Source of the DNA: an uncultured delta proteobacterium
GTDB lineage: Bacteria > Desulfobacterota > Desulfobacteria > Desulfobacterales > UBA11574
Direction: 5' to 3'
Assembly: GCA_963706295.1 (NCBI GenBank)
Contig: CAVPLW010000006.1
Coordinates: forward strand, 337,277 to 401,276
Length of the DNA: 64,000 nt
In this document: one piece after another, positions 57,794 through 64,000 of the stretch
Layout of the letters: every line of letters begins with the position of its first letter
Numbering within the stretch: the first letter of the stretch is position 1
Notes under the pieces: generated by a model
The model's input: only the letters and a program-made list of their open reading frames with translations
The model's database searches: none
What the model was told of the DNA's origin: nothing
Translations under genes and position numbers: made by a program

Positions 57794-58023
57794 ACAAGTG
57801 CCTAAAGTGAGCTAAAGTGAGCTAAAGCCCGCCCTGGTGCGCATTGCTCATATTTTGACCTGACCTATGCTTCATTACAAAAATAACTTTTTGAGTAAAG
57901 AGTTTTGGTAACCGGTCTGGGCCAGGGTTTAAAGAATGTATAGCCAATTATATTTTAATGACAGCGCGTTAGCGCTACCTTAACTTTAGGCACTTTAAAT
58001 CACTTCAAACTTTAGGCACTTGT
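57794..58023. repeat. Word-hairpin element, family A copy 2
   Basis: The termini are a perfect inverted repeat, acaagtgcctaaagt ... actttaggcacttgt. The arms consist of GTGCCTAAA/GTGAGCTAAA words. The centre is longer than in copy 1 but shares a caattata..ttttaatg segment. Confidence 0.85.
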
Positions 58024-58089
58024 GAATCTGTAGGAATCTGCCTGTCCCGTAGCTTCGGAAGCTGGCATTGGGATGGCCTATTAGCACAT

Positions 58090-58848
58090 CTACTCAAACT
58101 CTTCGGAAAGTAAAATCGCTTCCGCCACATGGCGCATGGACTTTCGTGAGTCCATGCTTCGTTTTTGAATCCATCGAAATGCATCGTTTCCGTCCATTTT
58201 TCGACGGCGCATCAGAACCTCTTTGGCTCGTTCCACAAGCTTCCGGGTCTCGAGTTCTTCCTGGATAACCTTTGTTTTGACCATCAACTCTGTATTAATG
58301 ATGGCTGCGGCAGCCTGATTGGCCACCGTCTTTATCAGGTTTACCTCGGTCTCAGAAAAGTCATGGGGTTTGGCCGTAAAACAATTAAGCACCCCGATCA
58401 CTTTTTCATCCTGAACCTGAAGCGGTACTCCCACCATGGATACCAGTCCAAGTTTTTTGGCCATCTCTTTTTCTTTGAATCGGGGTTCTTTCAAAACATC
58501 TTTGATAATCAGCGGTTGTTTATGGGTGGTCACAAAACCGACAACCCCTTCATCCATGTTGAGTGAGCGATCTTTCACGTAATCAGGGTCAATGGCTTGA
58601 GTAGCCTTAAGGCGAATTTTATTTGGCGTCACTGTCTCGTCAATGAGCCACAAAGAACAGATCTCAACCCCTGTCACTTTGGCCGTAACCATTACAATCA
58701 GTTTGAGAATATCCTCAAGATACAGGTCCGAGGTGATGGCCCGGCTGATGTCCATCAAGCCCTTGATATATTTGTCGTGAGTTTCGGGTGTAATTTTTTC
58801 CATTGTCTTCTCGTTATGGACCTCTTTAAATTTTTGCGGGTAAACCAT
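58090..58848 (-). CDS. GAF-ANTAR RNA-binding antiterminator-type regulator
   Basis: A GAF domain (SLWLIDE...VVGFV...VGVPL) is followed by ANTAR helices (ELETRKLVERAKEVLMRRRKMDGNDAFRWIQKRSMDSRKSMRHVAEAIL). Confidence 0.85.
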   Translation of the reverse strand: MVYPQKFKEVHNEKTMEKITPETHDKYIKGLMDISRAITSDLYLEDILKLIVMVTAKVTGVEICSLWLIDETVTPNKIRLKATQAIDPDYVKDRSLNMDEGVVGFVTTHKQPLIIKDVLKEPRFKEKEMAKKLGLVSMVGVPLQVQDEKVIGVLNCFTAKPHDFSETEVNLIKTVANQAAAAIINTELMVKTKVIQEELETRKLVERAKEVLMRRRKMDGNDAFRWIQKRSMDSRKSMRHVAEAILLSEEFE

Positions 58849-58873
58849 TACCTAAATTGAGCAATTGTTGAGG

Positions 58874-58960
58874 TTGCCGCAGATACAAGGAAGATGTCGT
58901 TTCGCTATAGTTAGCTATGCGGTACGGCATCTGACGCAGTAGATGCGGTAAGATCGGCAA
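58874..58960. other. Long imperfect hairpin (~87 nt) in the ANTAR / wHTH-regulator intergenic region
   Basis: ttgccg pairs with cggcaa, agatgtcgt with acggcatct, and cgctatag with ctatgcg, around the loop ttag. The word atgcggta is repeated at 58917 and 58943. Confidence 0.5.
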
Positions 58961-59110
58961 TCCCGAAGGGTTTCAAATTTAAAAAACATAAATCAATATA
59001 ATTCATTAAAAACAAAAGATATTTTATCACCTTTTAAAATTTGAAACGCTCGGTTTGTGTTTACCATAAATCAACCCTGAATGACAAATAAACTTTTTGT
59101 AAAAAAATAA

Positions 59111-59150
59111 TTGACAATATTTGTTTATTATGAGTAGAATACCTACTCAT
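59111..59150 (+). promoter_or_regulatory. Sigma70-type promoter with an overlapping inverted repeat (candidate auto-operator)
   Basis: TTGACA (59111-59116) and TAGAAT (59135-59140) are separated by 18 nt. The inverted repeat atgagtag (59130-59137) / ctactcat (59143-59150) straddles the -10. The ATG lies at 59164. Confidence 0.5.
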
Positions 59151-59163
59151 AAAGGAACGTATT

Positions 59164-59715
59164 ATGGAAAATTTATTCACGGGACTTATTTCTTCAAAAA
59201 CCCGTATCAAACTGCTCATCCGTTTTTTCTTTAATCCAAGTACGCGGTCATACCTTCGTGAACTGGCAAATGAATTCAATGTGTCTACGAACTCGGTTCG
59301 AGAAGAGCTCAACCAGTTGACCAGAACCGAACTCCTCACATCTCAAAAAAGCGGCCGCCAGGTCTTTTATAAAGCAAATCAAAAACATCCCTTGTTTCCA
59401 GAACTAAAATCCATGGTCAGTAAAGTTATGGGCATCGATCAGGTTGTCGACGGCATCGTCACCCGACTGGGCGACATAGAACGTGCCTATCTCTTGGACG
59501 ATTATGCAGAAGGTAAAGATTCCGGAATTATTGACCTTGTTCTTGTTGGAAATATTGATCAATATCACCTCAATGATTTGAGCAGAAAAACTGAACGATA
59601 TATTAAACGCAAAATTCGCACCCTTGTCCTAAGCAGGGATGAATTTAAAGAATTTGAACCGAAGTTAAAAGCATGTCCCAACATATTAATCTGGGAAGCG
59701 AAAAAAAATAATTGA
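59164..59715 (+). CDS. Winged-helix (ArsR-like) transcriptional regulator
   Basis: The N-terminus KTRIKLLIRFFFNPSTRSYLRELANEFNVSTNSVREELNQL resembles an ArsR-type HTH. The C-terminal ~90 aa are unassigned. Confidence 0.6.
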   Translation: MENLFTGLISSKTRIKLLIRFFFNPSTRSYLRELANEFNVSTNSVREELNQLTRTELLTSQKSGRQVFYKANQKHPLFPELKSMVSKVMGIDQVVDGIVTRLGDIERAYLLDDYAEGKDSGIIDLVLVGNIDQYHLNDLSRKTERYIKRKIRTLVLSRDEFKEFEPKLKACPNILIWEAKKNN

Positions 59716-59772
59716 TCAGTACCACTTAAATGATTTTAGCAGAAAAACTGATTTGTGTTATAATTGCAGCTA

Positions 59773-60630
59773 ATGAACAGCAAAAATAAAATAAAACGAT
59801 ATTGCCCAGATCAAAACAAGGGTTGGGGTCTTCGTGTCTGGCATGAGATGTTTTCGGAATTGGTAGACAGCCACGAGCTTGTTTGGCGGCTTTTTTTAAG
59901 AAATTTTAAGGCAAAATACAGACAGACTGTGTTGGGATTCCTTTGGGCTTTGATTATGCCCCTTTTAGCTGTCGGCACTTTCGTTTTTCTAAACCGGGCG
60001 GGAGTCCTTAACATTGGCAAGGTGGATATCCCCTATCCTGCCTATGCTTTGCTGGGTTTGACCGTATGGCATATTTTTGCCGGTGGTTTGGGGGCATGCA
60101 GCAACTCTATTGTGGCCGGCGGCAGTATGGTTGTAAAAATCAACTTTCCCAAAGAGGCCCTTGTGCTTTCTTCGCTTGGTGAAGCTCTGGTTGAAACTTT
60201 GGTCCGATTAGCTTTGACAGTATTCGTCTTTGCCATTTATAAAGTAGTTCCGGCATGGACTGCTATTCTGTTTCCTCTCACGCTTATTCCTTTACTTCTG
60301 TTTACACTGGGGCTCGGCTTTATGCTTTCCATTTTAAATGCTGTGTTTCGGGATGTGGCCAATATTGTATCGCTTTCCTCTACCTTTTTGCTTTTTATTA
60401 CACCGGTCCTTTATCCGGAACCAAAAGCAGCTTTTTTCAAAGCCTTTACAATATTCAATCCCCTGGCTGCACTCGTATCTGGCCCTAGAGATTTGGTCGT
60501 GAAGGGCTATTTGACGCAGCCTGTTTCTTTTTGGTTTTACAGCGCTCTGTCTCTGATAATTTTTATTATTTCATGGCGTTTGTTTCACCTTGCTGAGATT
60601 AGAATTGCGGAAAGAGTGGGTGCACGATGA
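59773..60630 (+). CDS. wzm: ABC-2 type polysaccharide export permease (Wzm-like)
   Basis: The N-terminus ELVWRLFLRNFKAKYRQTVLGFLWALIMPLL is the ABC-2 signature, and six TM segments follow. Its stop overlaps the next gene's start (ATGA). Confidence 0.85.
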   Translation: MNSKNKIKRYCPDQNKGWGLRVWHEMFSELVDSHELVWRLFLRNFKAKYRQTVLGFLWALIMPLLAVGTFVFLNRAGVLNIGKVDIPYPAYALLGLTVWHIFAGGLGACSNSIVAGGSMVVKINFPKEALVLSSLGEALVETLVRLALTVFVFAIYKVVPAWTAILFPLTLIPLLLFTLGLGFMLSILNAVFRDVANIVSLSSTFLLFITPVLYPEPKAAFFKAFTIFNPLAALVSGPRDLVVKGYLTQPVSFWFYSALSLIIFIISWRLFHLAEIRIAERVGAR

Positions 60631-61823
60631 CCAACGATGTGCTTATAAGAGCTGAAGGGGTTTCCAAGAAATTTTCCTCCAAGCTCAAAACGTCCATGAA
60701 ATACGGTATTATTGATATTGCAAAAGATTTTATGGGCGTCCCTACACACAGTGATAAACTGAGACAGAATGAGTTCTGGAGCTTGCAGGATGTGAGCTTT
60801 GAAGTCCGTCGCGGTGAATGCCTGGGGTTGATCGGGCCTAACGGAGCCGGCAAAAGCACCCTGCTTAAAATGCTCAACGGCATTATCATGCCTGACAAGG
60901 GTTCTGTTGAGATCAACGGCCGAGTAGGCGCTTTAATAGAAGTTGGCGCAGGATTCCATCCATTGCTGACAGGTCGAGAAAATATTTACATTAATGGTTC
61001 CATTATGGGCCTCAGTAAAAAAAAAATCGATCAAAAGTTTGATTCGATTGTAGAATTTGCAGAGATTGGTGATTTTATCGATACACCAGTGAGCTATTAT
61101 AGTTCCGGTATGTATGTCCGTCTGGGGTTTGCGATTGCAGCACATCTGGAGCCGGATGTGTTGCTGATTGATGAAGTGTTGGCGGTCGGAGATATTGGCT
61201 TCCGGGCAAAATGTTTTAATTCGATTAATGAAATTATACAAAAGACAGGCGTTATTTTTGTCACCCACAGCATACCTCATGTTTCAAGGCTTTGTTCCGA
61301 TATTATTGTTTTAAACAGAGGGAAAACCATGTTTCAAGGGAAGGAAGTGGCAGCGGGTATTGATACATTTTATTCTAGCTTTAAGGATGAAAAGGCTATG
61401 ATAATAGGGGGGGGAAAAGCTAAAGTAATTGAAGTAGTGCTTGAAAGAAACGGTGTAAAAGGAATTGAAAAAATAAACTATTTGGATGAGTTAATAATCC
61501 ATATTCATGTTATTGTAGAGCCGAGCATTAAATATCCAAACATTATTGTGAACTTTTTTAACCAGGAGCGGCAAATTGTTCAACAGTGTTCCTCCTATTT
61601 TAATAATGTTGAAATTTATAATACCGGCAATGAAATTTCTGCTACTTTGAATTTAGACAAAATAAATCTTAACCCCGGTATTTACTTTTTGGAAGTTGGG
61701 ATAACGGCTGATAATTACGGTGAAATCCTTGTAAGGCATCAGGCCATTAAAAAAATTCAGGTTGTAGGAAGGTATGTTGGCTATTCGCCAATACTTGTAT
61801 CCGGCGAATGGGAATTAAACTAA
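60627..61823 (+). CDS. wzt: Polysaccharide ABC transporter ATP-binding protein with a C-terminal beta-rich domain (Wzt-like)
   Basis: Walker A GLIGPNGAGKST, the signature YSSGMYVRL and Walker B LLIDEVLAVGD are present. An extra ~150-aa C-terminus matches the layout of Wzt carbohydrate-binding domains. Confidence 0.85.
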   Translation: MTNDVLIRAEGVSKKFSSKLKTSMKYGIIDIAKDFMGVPTHSDKLRQNEFWSLQDVSFEVRRGECLGLIGPNGAGKSTLLKMLNGIIMPDKGSVEINGRVGALIEVGAGFHPLLTGRENIYINGSIMGLSKKKIDQKFDSIVEFAEIGDFIDTPVSYYSSGMYVRLGFAIAAHLEPDVLLIDEVLAVGDIGFRAKCFNSINEIIQKTGVIFVTHSIPHVSRLCSDIIVLNRGKTMFQGKEVAAGIDTFYSSFKDEKAMIIGGGKAKVIEVVLERNGVKGIEKINYLDELIIHIHVIVEPSIKYPNIIVNFFNQERQIVQQCSSYFNNVEIYNTGNEISATLNLDKINLNPGIYFLEVGITADNYGEILVRHQAIKKIQVVGRYVGYSPILVSGEWELN

Positions 61824-61837
61824 ATTAAAATTGTAAA

Positions 61838-62719
61838 ATGTATTTTATTTTGAGTACTGGCCGATCCGGTTCACTGACTATATCGCAAGTCCTTTCACAG
61901 ATAGATGGATGTGTCTGCTTGCACGAACCTTCACCTGAACTAATATTGGAATCATCCGCATACCGCTATGGCAATATATCTTCAAAAAAAATTAAGGAAA
62001 TTTTAATGGATACACGAAAGCCATTTATAAACGATTCCATCTATTGTGAATCAAACCAAACCCTCTCTCTTATCATACCGATTTTAGCGGAAGCTTTTCC
62101 GAAAGCTGGCTTTATCTGGCTTATCAGAAACGGTTTAGATATGATAGCATCTGCTTATCAAAAACAGTGGTATACAGGGCACTCTGAAAATCATGATCGC
62201 TATGAGGATTGCTCCCAAATAGAGAAAGATTGGATTAACGGGCGCATTTGCGGAGACCTTTGTGGCGAAATGACACCGGATGAATGGACAAAGCTGGGTA
62301 GATTTGGAAAGTGCTGCTGGTACTGGGACTATGTTAATCGTCTTATCGAAACAGATCTGAACAAATATGGACAAGATCGTTACAGAATGGTTCATTTAGA
62401 AGAATTAGCAATTGAGTTGCCCTCACTAATTCAATGGATGAAGTTAAGAACAATTCTAACCCCTCTTCCTAAACGGCATAATATAGCTAAAAGAATACCA
62501 TATAAATGGACGTTATGGTCCTCCGAAGAACGCCTGTTGTTTGAGAAGTGCTGTGGTCGCTTGATGGACACCTATTATCCATCGTGGCGAACACTCAATA
62601 ATGAATGGAAGGGCGTTGAAGAATCTAATTTTACTGTGGGATCGTTATCTTGGTTTCGTAGTAACTATCGTTTAGTTGCATTCATTAATTCTCTCTTTGC
62701 CCCTAACAGGTTCATATGA
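61838..62719 (+). CDS. Sulfotransferase-family protein
   Basis: A 5'-PSB-like loop (ILSTGRSGS) and a 3'-PB-like segment (WLIRNGLDMIASAY) are present. Confidence 0.6.
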   Translation: MYFILSTGRSGSLTISQVLSQIDGCVCLHEPSPELILESSAYRYGNISSKKIKEILMDTRKPFINDSIYCESNQTLSLIIPILAEAFPKAGFIWLIRNGLDMIASAYQKQWYTGHSENHDRYEDCSQIEKDWINGRICGDLCGEMTPDEWTKLGRFGKCCWYWDYVNRLIETDLNKYGQDRYRMVHLEELAIELPSLIQWMKLRTILTPLPKRHNIAKRIPYKWTLWSSEERLLFEKCCGRLMDTYYPSWRTLNNEWKGVEESNFTVGSLSWFRSNYRLVAFINSLFAPNRFI

Positions 62720-63639
62720 AAATATCGGTTTATATTACGTCTTATAATCAAAAAAAATACCTCATTGAGGCAATTGAAAGTGTTTTAGCACAGACTCTAC
62801 AACCGAGCCAAATTATTATTGCTGACGATTGCTCATTCGATGGTTCCCAACGATTAATTAAGGGTTATGCGTCTCGATATCCAGACCTTATTACTCCTAT
62901 TTATCATGAAAAGAACTTGGGAGTCACACAGACACGAATTGATGCGTTACATATGGTTACAGGCGATTATGTTAGTTATGTTGATGGGGATGATCGGTTT
63001 CTTCCCACTAAACTTGAAAAAGAAGCGAGGTTGCTTCGAGACAATTGTAATATCCAGGTTGTCTTTTCTAACAATTATTATATAACCGAAAGCGGCGAAC
63101 GTAGTGATGTATGGGCTAACAGTGAATCTCCGCCGGATGGGGATGTTTTTTGTCAAACTTTTGCACGTGATTTTCCTCGAAAAAATTTATTTCGCATGGA
63201 GTTGATTAATTATCATGCCTGGAAAGTTATGGGTTTCCATGATCCAAACCTAAAACTATACGAAGACTATGACATGCGAATACGTTTGTCCAAGAAATTC
63301 CGTATTGCATATTATCCTGAGCCTTTGAGTGAAATACGTACCCACGATAAAGGGCTTTCGAATATGCCTATGAGTATCCACTTAGAAGCCTTAGAATATA
63401 TTTATAAAAAAAACAAAATATTGCTTGCCGATCTTGATGTAAGCAACAGAGAATACATTCAAAGCAAACTGAAACCATGGCTGGCAAAAATTGCAACTCG
63501 AACAGCGACTCAGATTATAAATCAGGGATCTAAAAGTTTATATGCAAAAAGTAAGGCACTTGGTTATTTTCTTAAAGCATGTTCATATCATCCAAAGCAA
63601 TTTGATATAAAATTGTTAAAAAACATTTTACTTTCCTGA
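62716..63639 (+). CDS. Family 2 glycosyltransferase
   Basis: ISVYITSYNQKKYLIEAIESVLAQT, IIIADDCSFDGS and the DxD motif YVDGDD are present. Confidence 0.88.
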   Translation: MKISVYITSYNQKKYLIEAIESVLAQTLQPSQIIIADDCSFDGSQRLIKGYASRYPDLITPIYHEKNLGVTQTRIDALHMVTGDYVSYVDGDDRFLPTKLEKEARLLRDNCNIQVVFSNNYYITESGERSDVWANSESPPDGDVFCQTFARDFPRKNLFRMELINYHAWKVMGFHDPNLKLYEDYDMRIRLSKKFRIAYYPEPLSEIRTHDKGLSNMPMSIHLEALEYIYKKNKILLADLDVSNREYIQSKLKPWLAKIATRTATQIINQGSKSLYAKSKALGYFLKACSYHPKQFDIKLLKNILLS

Positions 63640-63702
63640 GTGGTTTACCAAATTTTAAATTTTATTTTAAATAATCCGGAAAAACGAGGGTATAGGCTCG
63701 AT

Positions 63703-64000
63703 ATGATTGGTGATAAAGGGGAAAATCTTATCTTTTTGATATCACAACCTAGAGCTGGATCAACAATGCTGCAAAGAATTCTTGCTTCACATCCTTTGAT
63801 ACTTTCGTCTGCTGAACCTTGGTTAATGCTTAATCCTGTTTATGGTATAAAAAGAACCGAATTACAGAATGAGTATAATCCTCACTGGGCTTATGGTGCA
63901 GTACAAGATTTTCTTAAACACTATACTGATGGGGAAGAGACATACTTTGAGGCAGTTAGAGCTTTTGCAAACGTTCTTTATGGAAAAGCACTTCAAGGGA
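63703..64000 (+). CDS. Sulfotransferase-family protein, N-terminal part (3' end lies outside the window)
   Basis: I translated this by hand from the ATG at 63703: MIGDKGENLIFLISQPRAGSTMLQRILASHP... It has a PAPS-loop-like QPRAGST and is open to the end of the window. It is absent from the ORF track because it has no stop. Confidence 0.6.
   Translation, partial: MIGDKGENLIFLISQPRAGSTMLQRILASHPLILSSAEPWLMLNPVYGIKRTELQNEYNPHWAYGAVQDFLKHYTDGEETYFEAVRAFANVLYGKALQG

Noticed and set aside
58054-58070. The short palindrome agcttcggaagct downstream of the ANTAR gene, considered as a terminator
   Set aside because: The stem is only 5 bp with a 3-nt loop, and there is no U-tract on the relevant strand.

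Overview
This 64-kb segment looks chromosomal and comes from a low-G+C bacterium. Gene content and synteny suggest a Desulfobacterales-like deltaproteobacterium, but that is inference only. I call about 55 protein-coding genes. I saw no rRNA, tRNA, CRISPR array, transposase or integrase.

Gene content, left to right:
- A cell-surface glycan block: the 3' end of a sugar transferase, a Wzy/O-antigen-ligase-like protein, a CapD/PglF-type dehydratase, a beta-helix acyltransferase-like protein and glmM.
- The conserved xseA-xseB-ispA-dxs-tlyA block and an EF-G paralogue.
- A spore-photoproduct-lyase-like radical-SAM gene followed by a secreted SNase.
- A G+C-richer patch with a GNAT, a receiver/Ser-Thr-kinase fusion, a degenerate M50 homologue and an MFS transporter.
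- A minus-strand string: TPR protein, mglA-like GTPase, DUF4388/cNMP protein, PilZ, purC and a ParB-like protein.
- Housekeeping genes: mdh, uvrC, uvrB, cysS, ispF, pgi, fabH and purB.
- recB (interrupted) and recD.
- A markedly G+C-rich lexA-DUF72-imuB-dnaE2 cassette.
- A wzm-wzt-sulfotransferase-GT2-sulfotransferase cluster.

Main leads:
1. The SOS mutagenesis cassette has a DUF72 gene sitting in the ImuA position.
2. An MglA-type GTPase lacks an adjacent MglB and is instead coupled to a PATAN/cNMP protein and a PilZ receptor.
3. Intergenic hairpin elements recur through the window. Their arms are built from short tandem words, and the families share vocabulary.
4. Two genes, recB and DUF72, are each broken by a single-base homopolymer frameshift.
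5. A putative sulfated-glycan ABC export locus lies at the right edge.

All calls come from reading the translations and the sequence by eye. No database search or folding program was run.
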